Source: Toensbergia leucococca (Eukaryota). Taken from it: 64,000 bases of DNA. The stretch's first letter is position 1. The number at the start of each line of letters is the position of its first letter. The position numbers were made by a program, and so were the translations under genes. Shown here piece after piece: positions 50,784 through 63,449 of the stretch. The stretch lies in contig JALDZS010000015.1 of NCBI GenBank assembly GCA_022813965.1, forward strand, positions 62,001 to 126,000, written 5' to 3'. The notes beneath the pieces are model-generated. The model saw only the letters and a program-made list of their open reading frames with translations. It was not told the DNA's origin and did no database searches.

Positions 50784-53466
50784 ATGACAGATGTTGAATC
50801 CCGCCTCTGGAATGAGGAGCACGGTATACACTTCAAGCAAGGGGTAAAAGCTATCGCAAAATCTGTCAATTCGAAGAACTCTGGCATAATGTTAGTTAAT
50901 CAGTCTATCTGTCCAGGGCTCGATACTGACTGGAGTCTTTCAAGTAATGGCAAAAAGGGTGACTCCCGCTCTCCCGATAACAAGAGGCAGATTGACGAGA
51001 AATCTAAAGCTGCAGGAATTAAAGCATTGCCCTTAAATCACGACGCCAGTACGCCACTGACCACCAAAAATCTCGGAAAACTTCGAGAAGCACAAGAAGA
51101 AAGTAGTGATTCAGAGTGGCAGCCTACTCCAGTATCCATAGACGAAAGACTCAAGCAGGCTAGAAATTATTTTTCCGATGAAGACATCAACGTTTGCCGT
51201 GATTTTGCGAAGAGGCACAAAGAGATTGGGAATTATCTGGCTGAATTGGCCAGTACAGGGCAACAATGCGACCTCAAAGTATACAACGAAGTCAAGAACA
51301 TGTTTGATCTTCACCAGTCGCGCATGGACAAGCACTATAATCAATACGTGCCGCCTTTCGATAAAACTCCCCTTGTGCTTCCAAGTCAGCGTTTGTCATT
51401 AGTCGACACTAGTGACAGGGCACGACTTCGAGGGGCTCCATTGAGAGATGATCATCCACCTTTCACCATCGAACGGCCGGCTGACCACAATGCGTTCCTA
51501 CGGATGTTACACGGTCATACAGCGCAAGGGAAGCAGCTCCGAACCATTGACGACGAGGCTTACTGGGCCGCTATGGCAGACACTTCACTTGTGAACCAAC
51601 ACCTCGAAGAGAGAGATTCCCAAGACCAGGAACATCGTTTCAAGATTAGGGCAACGAAACGTGGCTACCGGCGCGCGGCTCTACAAATAGCACTTCGATG
51701 TTTTGCTGGGAACCAAGAGCAGCACTTTGAGGGTGACTGGAAACATAGAGTTTTGAGGCTACCTTCTTCACCCGCTACCGAGCCTATTGAGCCAATTATG
51801 TTCGTGGCGTTAGACGCGAAGGACCAGCCGCAACATGCTCCGCCATTCAAATGGACCAAGAAGAATCTCTTGTTCCAGAAAGAGCAAAGGGAAATCAGGT
51901 TAGCTTTGGGCAACGCGGATACTAGTCCAACCTCTTTGAAGTTTTCGCAACCTGCGCTGAGAAAAGGGATGCTTTTTGCTCGATATGAGGCTCGATATCG
52001 GAATCTTGCATTGAAATTATTCGATATATTATACCTCGCTGGGATGACAAATCTCAAATGGAATAGGCGCAAAAAGACCCTCCAGAATCCAAAAGGCCAT
52101 GCGACCACTGGACCCGGCAAATTGATCTTGGACCTCATCATTGAAGGACTCATCCTGGATGAGTCAATGCAAGAGACTTTCAGAGCCTCTACTTTGTCCG
52201 AATCAGCAAGGACACAATTAGCTATTGGGTATGCCAAAACAGACACTGTGTGGCATAAGTCAGAGCGGAACGAAACGCCAGATTGGAAGCCTCTTAGCAA
52301 GGTTGAGATAGAGGAAATGATGCGAGACGCGGCTGCAGGGCAGTCCAGACCCGGTGTTGCCTTGATCGTAGAGTTGGGCAGGTTGAATCATCAACTCATA
52401 AACAGAAACTTTGGACCAGAATCCCCTCGCCCCGAAAAGCTTGGCAGACAAGTGCTACGCAAAGAGCGGGAGGCTCTTCGAGCTGACAGATCGCAGGAGC
52501 AAAAGAAGAGTGGATTGAGCGCGCCATTGCAGGAGCTCGCTCGGCCCCTGAACGGTGACAAGGGCCTACCAAGCCAGTCCAAAGCTCTAGAGCTTTTAAC
52601 TACCCAAATCCTAAAGGAGCACCACGAAAACAACCGCCCGCACAAACTCAATCACGAAAAGATCTGGGCCTTTGCCGAGCATCTACGCGAAGCATCAAAG
52701 AAGCAAAGCTTCTTCTCCATGAATCGCTGGTACGGCTTCCCACCCCCAGCATCCCCAAGAACCAAACGCAAGTCAGACGCCGAGCCCGAGGCCGAACCCT
52801 CACCAAAACGCCAACACTACGCCGAAGCCTACGACCCCTTCGATCTGGACAGCGCGGAGCTATCCCGCCGTCTCGACACAGATGAAACCGACTCTCTCGA
52901 GCAAGACGAGTCCTCGCGTGGACAGACGCCCGAACTCGGTAACGGCGCCATCATGCCCCCCGAAATCATGAACTTTGACGTCAAGAAACACAAACAAATG
53001 CTCAAGGAAGCGTCCGATACCAAGGAGACGCACTACAAAGGCCAGTCCGAATCTCTGTCAGCGGAGACGGGGTTTTTGCAGGCGGCGATGCAGCGCCAGA
53101 TTGAGAGCGATCTTGCTGGAGACGGTAGGTTTCCTTCCCTCCTTTCCCCTCCCCCTAATCTTCCTCTTCCTTCTCTAGTATCGTAAAATGTCCAAAGGCT
53201 AAACACCTCCAACCCCAACCACCCATTAACCCCCCCCACACTCCAACTAATCCGTTCGGTGCCCCATTATAGACCTCCCAACTCATAAGCACTATCCTCA
53301 CCTACCCTCCCCAGATCCACCCATCCGCCCCAAGTCGTCTTATTTTGACCGCCGCGGGCCTCACCAATCGCCTCTGCCCGCGATGGATTTGGATGGGGGT
53401 ATTTATTACGATCTGCCCGATTACGGGGAGGAGGTTTTGGAGAGTGTGGAGGAGAGGGAGGGGTGA
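50784..53466 (+). CDS. Large hypothetical protein (~845 aa), no recognised domain
   Basis: 800-codon ORF. A GTAGGT donor at ~53125 spliced to an acceptor at ~53270 gives a terminal exon ending ESVEEREG*. Confidence 0.65.
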
Positions 53467-53906
53467 GGATTGAGGATCTGGGCTGAGGGAGGAGGGAGGG
53501 TTAGGGTTGTGGGGAGTTTTGAGGGCTGGTGTTTGAGCTGGTGATGGAGTGTCGCTATAAGGGTGTTTGGGGTTTTTTAGGTGGGGGGGATGTGAGTGGT
53601 TTTCAGGGTGTTTTTTTTCCCGGGTTTGTTTTGTAGGGGGCTATGTGTGGACGGGTGAACATGTATGGGAGCTGGTTGGGCAATCTTTAGTTGTTTGTTT
53701 CCTTCTGGAGAGTAGATTGCGCAATTGGGGGTGAATGAGAGCATCGCGTAAGATTCCACGTTTCAAGCTCGCCCGCCCCCTGAATCCAGACTGCACAATA
53801 TCGCTCTCCACAAGCTACAGACAGCAACACCACTCCCCCTCCAATCACATCTCCCTAAGAATCCATCCCCTCACTTGAAACCCCCCCTTACCAACAATAC
53901 AAAAGC

Positions 53907-55019
53907 CTAATACCTCTTCCCCTCCCTCAAAACATCCCCATACTCCTCCAACGGGCTCCGAATCAGCTTCGTCTCCTTCCACAGGTTCGGCGTCAGGAAC
54001 CCGTACGTATTACCCACGGCCACAAAGGTAGCCTTGAGGGTGTTTTCGAGCGTCTTGGTCGAGCCGGCCGAGGAGGTGTAGACGTCTTGGACGCCGGCAA
54101 GTTGGAGGAGGCGTTTGACGGCGGGTGAGGCGACGAGGCCTGTGCCGCGGGGAGCGGGGATGAGCTGGTTTGTATCAAGTTAGCAGAGCTCCCCTTACCT
54201 TACCAAGGTATCGACAGCGTTAAGGAGAAGCTCAGATGGGAAACCCCCCGGAAATCGGACAAGCGGGAGCAAGGGGGAGGGGTGTGCTTTTCAACGTACA
54301 CGAACGGTCACGGAGCCGCACTTGCCGCTCTCCTTTGTCGGTAGCGAATGCGGCTCTCCGAGCGATGTGCCCCAGTAGCCGCGGCGGATGGGCAGCACGC
54401 TGAGCTTGGCGATGATGATGGCGGCGCGGATGGCCGTGGCGACTTCCTTTGATGTTTTGATGCCCAGGCCCACGTGGCCTTCTGAGTCGCCGATGACGAC
54501 GATGGCCTTGAAGCGGGTGCGTTGGCCGGCGCGGGTTTGCTTTTGGACGGGCTTGATCTGTTGGGGGTGGAGTAAGGGAGGGGATTGGTTAGCTTCGTTG
54601 TGAGTTTGGGGGGCGGGGAGTTCGTGGGATGATAGTATCAGGAGGGGTAGAGATATGAAATGGGGTACAATTTCGATACTCGTAGCAAAGAGTAGTTGCA
54701 AGGAGCGGAGCAAAAGTCTCCCACGTACCTTCATAACCTCATCCTTCAGCTTCGGCAAAAAGAAATCCACAATCTGATACTCCTTGATGGGCAACGAGTG
54801 CAAATAAATCTCCTCCATACTCTTGATTTTGCCCGCTTTCACTAACCGTCCCAATTTTGTGACTGGCTGCCATTCTTTCTCTTCGTTTTTGTTCGCGCCG
54901 CGGCGGGGACCACGTCGACCACGTCCTCGTCCACGGTCGCCTCCACGGTCGCCACGAGAGGCAAACCCACCACCTCGGGCACCGCCTGCTGCTGCTCCTC
55001 CTCTTGGGGCATCGGCCAT
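53907..55019 (-). CDS. RPS2: 40S ribosomal protein S2 (uS5)
   Basis: RGG N-terminus, [25 protein letters not shown] and [16 protein letters not shown]. Introns 54558-54728 and 54165-54299. Confidence 0.97.
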
Positions 55020-55858
55020 TGTTTATGAGTGGTGGTTGGAGCGGAGGATTGGTCGTTGTGAAATTTGGTGGTGGGGTTCGGGACGTCAAGTTCGAGATGT
55101 TTGGTGGGCGGCGCTAGTAGGGTTTAGGCGAGGTTTTAGGGCTAGGTTTCAAGATTCATCCTTTAGGTTTCGAGATTGAAGTCTTCCGCATACACAGATC
55201 ACGTTGATTGACTCGTTGCTACCAGGTTACACCATGTCTTTACGGTTCCAAAAGGATTCATGGCAATGGCTATCTACGGTCCCTGAGTCTTCTTGTCGTA
55301 CCCAATTACATGGTTGCTATACCTCATACCTCTTGGGTGACACGTTTCCCAATGCTGTGTGAATTCATGTAATTTATTTTATATTCTATGCTATGATGTA
55401 CAGGCATGCATGTATTGAGTAAAGGTAAGCTGAACGGCATAGGCCGAATGAGTCAATGATTAATATCAAATATAGGTGATTGATCATTACTGAAGTGACT
55501 CGAAGGTGTGTTCACTTTCATCGACACTCTACTGGTCTATTACTTTTTAGATTAGGTAGACCCTAACTGACCTAATTCTTATCGAGCTCACCTCCTTCCT
55601 CATGGAGCCGCTGCAATCACTATCAATATCTAGACGCAGCCTCCCCATTAAATGTTCATTCCATTCCTGAATTCTCAAGGTCAAGATCAGAGTTCCGTCA
55701 ATAATATCACTTGATCTCCATTAGCGGAGTGATTTAACTTGGCGAGGCCAGAGATGCCAGACCTTCGGAATATAATTTAATGACCCAAGACTATTAGAGT
55801 GATGGCTGTACAGTGCATGACCAGCCGGGCTATCACGGTGTGTCCAGGCTTTGTCCGT

Positions 55859-56310
55859 TCATTGATGTTCGACTTCTGCGGTTTGCTTGACTTTTTCCTC
55901 TGTCGTCCTTACAGCCGACTTCTCTTCCTCTTCTGGTGTGCGTGTCCGTAACTGGAGAGCATGTATACCGCCTGCCCTTTCCAAATCCTCCTTCAATAGT
56001 GAATATACCATCCGATGTCTTGCAGGTTGCATTTTCGACTTGAAAGCCTCCGAGGTAACGACAACTCGAAAATGGGTTTCTCTCGAAGTGGCGCCTTGCA
56101 TGGCTTTATGATGTGCATGCAAGTGAGAGTCATTGTAGATTTCTAGAGTTGACGGTTTCAATGCTTCCGAAATCTGAAGGGTGTAATTAGTTCACATGCC
56201 CAGGCACGCATGCTCGATATACTGACCTTCAGTCGCATGGCATCCTCAACTGGGGTCATAGACATTGTTGATAAGAGCCTCACTGACAGAAAGGTGACTC
56301 TCCGTAGCAT
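55859..56310 (-). CDS. BolA-like protein (Bol1 type), probably mitochondrial
   Basis: TPVEDAMRLK|ISEALKPSTLEIYNDSHLHAHH..ETHFRVVVTS..ARHRMVYSLL..GGIHALQL. Confidence 0.9.
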
Positions 56311-56546
56311 TTGATGCGCAGCTTCAGACTATTCAAAAAGGATGGCAGAGAGAATTGCTAGATCTTAGCAATTTGTATGACGGAGGAGAAATACTTACCT
56401 AATTCCAGCTGCCACTGGAGATGCCGCGGTTGACCTAGAATACGTCACCTCAGTTACACACGCGATCCTTTACTCCGTACTCTCACCTCCGATCCTTCAG
56501 ATAAATAAAATGTCTATCCATGTGAAGAGAGTTTTTTCTTCTTATC

Positions 56547-58579
56547 ATGTTCACTCAGAGTTTTCGACGTCTTCTCCCATTATCATCAATTCACCATCTA
56601 AAGCGAGCATTCCCCGGAAACTACCAAAATCTTCGCATGGCATCTACCCTACCAAAATTTCCTGTCTTTGAGGCAATTGCTGGCCATGACCCTCAAAGCA
56701 CTGTCGTCGTACATTGCAAGTCTGGCCGAACGTTCCTTTATGGAGATCTTCTCAGAGACGTCGCGGAAGCTAGGGATGAGCTTCGCCAATCTGCTGGGTC
56801 TACGAATATAGAAGGCCAGAGGGTGGCCTTTTTAGTGGAAAATGGCTACGACTATGTAGGTGCGGCTCCGCTTCGTGGCAAACTAGCAGTGTTAATTAAT
56901 CAGTCTAATATGAAATAGTAACACTGCTATCAATACTTGGTAGCAACTGTATAGCAGTCCCTTTATCATCTGGGTTTCCTGCGAATGAGCTCAGATATAT
57001 ATTGGATAATAGTGAGACATTGATGCTCATAGCATCTACAAAGTTCCAAGACAAGGCTGAAGAGGTATTGAAAGAGGGACTGGAGAAAAAGCCCACACTG
57101 CAAATTGTAAGGAAGAGACACAACGGAGGCGGATCTAGTGAGAATGTTGAGCTACAATCAATTCAGAATAATTCAAGTGGCATGATGCTCTACACATCTG
57201 GTACCACGAGTCGTCCGGTAAGCAGAATTGGCAAAACAATATTTATCTTAGTCGTTGACTGACTGATATTTTTCTTAATTGCCAGAAAGGGGTCGTTCTA
57301 CCAGAGTCAGTACTTACCGCGCAGGCTCGATCACTGTCCAAGGCATGGAACTACAGTCCTCGAGATCACCTCCTTCATGTACTCCCGCTACATCACATCC
57401 ATGGTACCATCAATGCCCTATTGACACCGCTGTTTGCAGGGTCGACCATTGAGTTTATGTTTCCATTCAACGTAAATGCAGTATGGGACCGACTGGCTGC
57501 GCCGTTCTTGCCCGAGAATCAGCGTCAAGACAAACAGAAAGCGAAGATTACATTTCTAACCGTCGTACCCACGATCTATAATAGGCTACTTGCCTCTCAC
57601 CCTGATCTTTCATCCACGGTTCGCGAATCATCTTCAGAGGCTATTACACCCAAGAATCTTCGCTTAAACATTTCCGGCTCAGCTGCACTCCCAACACCAA
57701 CAAAGCAAGCGTGGACCGATTTAAGTAGCGGTAACATATTACTTGAGCGTTATGGCATGACCGAAGTTGGCATGGCGTTGAGTTGTGGCCTGGATCATAA
57801 GGATCGAGTGGATGGAAGCGTTGGTTGGCCACTTCCCTTTGTGGAGGCAAGGCTCGTCGACACTGAAAGTCAAGATGTTATAAAACTTGGTGAAGAAGTC
57901 GAGAAGGATGGTAAGGAAAGGGAAGGGGAGATACAATTACGTGGTCCTACTGTTTTTCAAGAATATTGGCGCAATCCCAAAGCGACGTCAGAGGAATTTG
58001 TTGAAGGAGATGATCGAAAAGGCCGATGGTTCAAAACCGGAGATGTTGCAACAAGAAAATCGGTTGAGGGGGCAGGAGAAAGTGGGCAAGACTGGGCGAA
58101 AGGCCCGATGTATTTCATTCGGGGCCGGAAGAGCGTCGATATCATCAAGACTGGTGGAGAAAAGGTCAGCGCCTTGGAGATTGAAAGGGAGCTTTTGTCA
58201 CTGTAAGATTGTGGTTCTAGGCAAGGGCAGATTCTCAAAGCTGACGGAATGGACAGGCCCCAGGTTTCTGAAGCTGCTGTCGTTGGTCTTCCTTCCGACC
58301 AATGGGGTCAGAAAGTGGCAGCGGTGATTGTCCTTGATAGTGCACACACTCAGAGCGGTAAAGGAGGAAAGACTTGGGGTTTGATGGACATGCGGAGAGC
58401 GTTGAAGGATAAGCTAGCGAGTTATAAAATCCCACAAGAGATGAAGGTGGTGCAGGACGGTTTACCTCGAAATGCCATGGGGAAAAGTAAGTCTTTACCT
58501 GGAACCCCTTTTTTCCGCATCCACTAAGTGTGTAACAGTCAACAAAAAGAGCTTAGTAAAAGAGATCTTTGGCGTTTGA
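56547..58579 (+). CDS. AMP-binding acyl-CoA synthetase (ACSF3/malonyl-CoA synthetase-like)
   Basis: YTSGTTSRP|KG, LPLHHIHG, ERYGMTE, FKTGD, GRKSVDIIKTGGEKV and PRNAMGK. Four introns. Confidence 0.9.
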
Positions 58580-58977
58580 GTAGACCTAAAGCTCGGCTTA
58601 TGTTGTTCGATATTAGTTGGCAAGACGAGAGAAACTGTTGGTACAGATGACTATTTCTTCGGAAAGCTACTACCCAGTGGAATACTCAATTATCGTACTC
58701 GTAGCTGTTAAGTTCTGCCACAGGGCTCAAACCCTTGTCGAATTGCCTTATCTTATCTTAGCGTGACTCGACTGCTGTGAATATCAACATGCATTCACCT
58801 CATTCACCTCATGCGCGCCAAGCACAATTCACTGATTCGAGTTGATGAGAATACCTTACTGGCACGTGACTGTTCAGATTCAAGTCAAACACAAATGATC
58901 GATGAGCTTTGGAACAAAATTCTGGCGAATTACTGTCCGAACCTGAACACCTGAATTGTTCGACTAATTCGTTAATC

Positions 58978-60631
58978 ATGGTCGAGGAAGATCTGGCGTC
59001 AGCTCCTGAGGGGCTTTTCTCTCTGCTGGATACCGATTTGTATAAGCTCACAATGCAATGTGCAGTCCTTAAATACTTCCCTGAGATACGCAAGTACTTC
59101 TGAAAGGATTTACACATTCATGGGCTAAATTACAGCAGATGTCACCTATGCTTTCACAAATCGGACTCCTCACATGAAATTGACCCGTGAAGCCTACCAC
59201 TGGCTAGAGTTACAGATCGGCAGTATGGTCTTACCACAAACGCGCTACCGGTCTCGCTGACAAAAGCCTGCCCAGAGCTTGCTAACATATCCTTGTCCGC
59301 CGAAGAATTACAATATCTGAAAGACAAGTGCCCCTATCTCAATGAAACTTACTTGCAATATCTCAGCTCATTCCGGTTTCGACCTTCGGAGCAAGTTCAA
59401 GCTTCATTCAGCCCCACCAAAGATTATACTAGCGAGGATGTAGGTGACGTCCACCTTATTGTAGAGGGCTCATGGGTAGAAATCATTCTTTACGAGATTC
59501 CTTTGCTAGCTCTCACTAGCGAAGCCTATTTCAAGTTCTGCGACAAAGATTGGCGTTATAGTCAACAGGAAGAAAATGCATGTTCCAAAGGCAAGACCCT
59601 ATTGGAAAATGGCTGCGTATTTACCGAATTCGGTTCTAGAAGAAGGAGAGATTTCCATACGCAGGATTTGGTACTGCAGGGCTTGACGCGAGTTGCGGCA
59701 GAGGGGCAGGATCATCATTGGAAGGGTAAGCTCAACGGGACAAGCAACGTTTATTTTGCTATGAAATACGGCATACCACCAGTTGGGACTGTGGCCCATG
59801 AGTTCTTCATGGGAATAGCTTCCATCACCAATGACTACGAAAATGCGGGCGAGTTAGCGCTGAGATATTGGATTGGCTGTTATGGTCAAGGGGTCCTTGA
59901 TATTGCTTTGACCGATACCTTTGGTACTCCCGCGTTCCTCAGATCCTTCAAACAGCGCGTTCCTACCCACACCACAGCAGCACGGGGTGCTGCGGCGACA
60001 CTCCCCTCCTCAGGGGCAAGTTCAATTGAATCTGTTAGCGGTAGCATCACTACTACGACACTGCCATTAGAAAAATCCTCAAACAAAGACGCAAGCGAAG
60101 GCGTGGAGGAGAAGTCATACGCACAGGTGTTTGCCGGCGTCCGTCAAGACTCTGGAGATCCTTTAGCCTTTATCAAGATCATGCGGGACTTCTATGACGG
60201 TTCGGGCATCAAAGAAAAGAAGGCGATTGTTTTCTCTGACTCGCTCAACATTGAACTCTGCCTTGAGCTGCAGCAAGCTGCCGAGGATGCCAACTTCTTT
60301 CCAATATTTGGTATTGGTACCTTTTTCACGAGTAAGTAAATGCTACGTTATTTGTCTCGAATTATTGCTCATGTTACCAGATGATTTCGTCCATGCATCG
60401 AATGGCAATAAATCAGCGCCGCTAAACATCGTGATCAAGCTCTCGTCTGCTGGTAACAGACCCTCAATTAAAATCAGTGACAACATTGGCAAGAATACTG
60501 GGGACTCAGAAACGGTTCAGAAGGTCAAAGAAAGGTTGGGCTATGTCGAGAAGCAGTGGGTAGGCGGTGATGAACAGACACGATGGGGTACTGACGACGG
60601 CGAGGCAACCATGACAAATGTACCCGCCTAA
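58978..60631 (+). CDS. NPT1: Nicotinate phosphoribosyltransferase
   Basis: [47 protein letters not shown] and KISDNIGK. Confidence 0.95.
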
Positions 60632-61446
60632 TTAGACAAGTCGTGGCATATGAGAGATGACATTAATGGGTGGCTAACAATTTGGAAGTCGGGTTCGCGC
60701 TTTGGATGGCTGGCGTTGTGGAGTGGCCTCTGGCTAACAGGAATGATTTTGATGCTTACCAGAGAGCTTTAGCATGATGGCTGGCCGCATAGCACAGCAT
60801 ACAGTAATGCCGTAGCAATGTTAATTGACGGAACCAATAATGACGAGTCCAATCAACATGCGTAGAAATCGGATAGCGAACTTCGGCCCTAGACCTGGGC
60901 TTATGAAGTTGTTGATGCTCTCACTGCGGTCAACAAGTGTTCTAAAGCAAAGCCACCGTCTGTCACTAAAAATAGAATAGATGGATGTTTGAGGCCAGGA
61001 GGGTTAAGATAACATGGACAAGTCTAGAGTATTGATATACCTAGAATATATCCAACCACTAAAGATTTTTGAGGATCATCTTACCTACAGGTGAACAAAT
61101 ATCAATTGGGTCTCGGGTTCATTCATAAATGCAAATCGCTCGAAGGAACCCTTGAACCTTTTCATTTCTCGCTTGTTTAGTTCTAGTGGCACCAGTGGCG
61201 GCTTAGAACAGGAGGCGGAGGCCAAGTGCAAGGCAACCCTGCGAGCCTGCTTACACGTTTTAAAACAACTCCTGTGTTACCTATTCACAACTAACAAAAC
61301 TAACAACCAGGCATCTATTTCGTACTCAGCAGAATCTCGGCTTCCAATTTTCTCTCTCTAATACATCAAACATCCTTTTTTTTACTGCAGTGCAGTATCT
61401 CGTAGGGAAGAGAGTATTGTTCAGATCTGGCACTTAGGAGAGCTTA

Positions 61447-62809
61447 ATGGCTGTAAGCAATAGTCTCAGGACTTCCGCGCAAATCCTACCCCCCCATCAA
61501 CGCGCCCACCCTTTGTTTCTCGTACATGCTAGCGATATGGAACAAGTCAATTACTGGCACAAGTCAAGATACTGACTTGCTCCTTACCCCCTATAGCAGT
61601 ACGGAGGCTACAATAACCAGGGCGGCTACGGGCAGCCAAACCCATACTCCCAACAAGAAGCAAACCCGTACTCTTCACAAGGAGGAAACCCATACGCAGA
61701 GCAAGCTCCCCAGCAAGGTGGGTACGAAGGGCGACAAGGCTCAGCGGGTCGCTACGGATCAGGCCAAAACGTGGGAAATGGGGGCTATGGTGAGCGCGTT
61801 CAGGGTATTTTCTATCTTGAGCAGCAATTAACATACTGCAGTCGGAGGCAATGACGTTGAAATGACACCGATGAATGGGCAAGCTGGCGCGACTGGCCAG
61901 CCTGCAACTCGAGATCCAAATGCCATTCTCAACGAATGCCGGGACATTGATCGCGGCATTGACTCCATCGAGCGTAACCTCGAACGCCTTCGATTCCTTC
62001 AACAGCGAGCAATTGATGATCCAGATGCAAGCCAAGGTACTCACACGAATCGCGAACTGGATTCGCTCAGCTCCGAGACAATGACTCTCTACCGAAACTT
62101 CGCGGCACGCATTAAAAGCATCAAACAGCAGAGGGAATCTGGGGATCCGAGGAATGCACCACAAGTTGGTAAGGTTGATCGGAAACTCAGGACGGCCATC
62201 AATCAATATCAACAAGTGGAGAGCGACTTTCGAAGGAAATTGCAAGCCCAAATGGAGAGACAGTACCGGATCGTTAGGCCTGATGCTAGTGATTCCGAAG
62301 TCCGCGAGGCTTGTGAAGACACGTCAAACAATCAGGTTTTCAGTCAAGCTGTAAGTGCAATGCGTCGAATTGCTCAGTCAAATATTAATGCGGCCTACAG
62401 CTACTTCAAAGCGATCGCCGTGGTCAATCACAATCCGCCTTACGTGCAGTTCAAGGTAGACATGAAGCTATACAGAAAATCGAGTCTCAAATGATCGAAC
62501 TTGCCCAATTATTCCAAGATATGGAGGCCCTCGTTGTACAACAAGAGCCTGCCGTGATGAACATTGAACAGAAAGGCGAGGAGGTTCAGGACAATGTGGG
62601 AAAAGCGAACGTGCATATGGATGGAGCCATCCAAAAAGCCCGGAGTCGCAATCGGAAGAAGTGGTGGTGCTTACTTATCGCTCGTAAGTTCTTGGTACAA
62701 ATCTTACATACGGTGTTATCTGTACTGACTTGGATTCCCAGTGCTCATTATCATTATCATTGTCGTGGTTGTTGTGGTGGTGGTCGAAGTTGTACACAAT
62801 GGAAAATAG
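61447..62809 (+). CDS. SSO1: Plasma-membrane syntaxin (Sso1/Sso2-like t-SNARE)
   Basis: RQYRIVRPDAS, RHEAIQKIE..MIELAQLFQDME, ARSRNRKKWWC and a C-terminal TM segment. The first microexon(s) are uncertain. Confidence 0.9.
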
Positions 62810-63449
62810 GTCACGACTTTCTTCTAGCTATGTGCCCGCTCCTGGTAAAACCTCACGAAAAATGTCGAATACTCGTCTCTTAGGTTTTCAGGTTCCTGTG
62901 GCTGAAAAGTCAATTAAGTGTTGGGTGTCTTCAGCGACTTTGGCATTGATGCCTTGAATCTCTTGTTACTCGATTCCCAGAGTGCAGCCTGTACTGGTAG
63001 CTGGCTCTTCAGGTTGATTGGATGTTGGGCTCCATCAGATTTGTTTGCCTCTTTACCTACGTTCCTCTTCATGTGTTAGTTACTCGGACGACGAGGCCTC
63101 CTCTATTATCGTACAAGAGGCTTCATCGCATAAGGCTATGTAATGTACTACAGTTTAGATGGATTTTGATTCTTGATTGAGACATGTTTGCTACCCAAAT
63201 AAGAAGACAAGGCCCATTCTGTCAAATTGCCAATTTGTTACTCTCATTTTAAGCCTTCACCAGCTTCGTCGGCCTGAATCCCGAATCGCCGATTGGACAC
63301 CTTATGTCTAGCTGCCGTCCTCGTCTAATGGCTTTATCGTTTAGGGGCCGTCGCGGATGTTGATCTTGAATTGAGCCTTTTGTCTTTAATGAAACATGAG
63401 AGCCTGCCTTCAAAGAAATCACCGGTACCTCCTGTGAACATCTTTCAAC

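Noticed and set aside
56391..56400. ATACTTACCT resembling the U1 snRNA 5' end
   Set aside because: No U1 stem-loops or Sm site follow. It is better explained as a minus-strand AG|GTAAGT donor upstream of BolA.
59960..60115. Ser/Thr-rich insertion in NPT1 as a possible intein or intron
   Set aside because: No intein termini or convincing splice signals; it looks like a variable loop.
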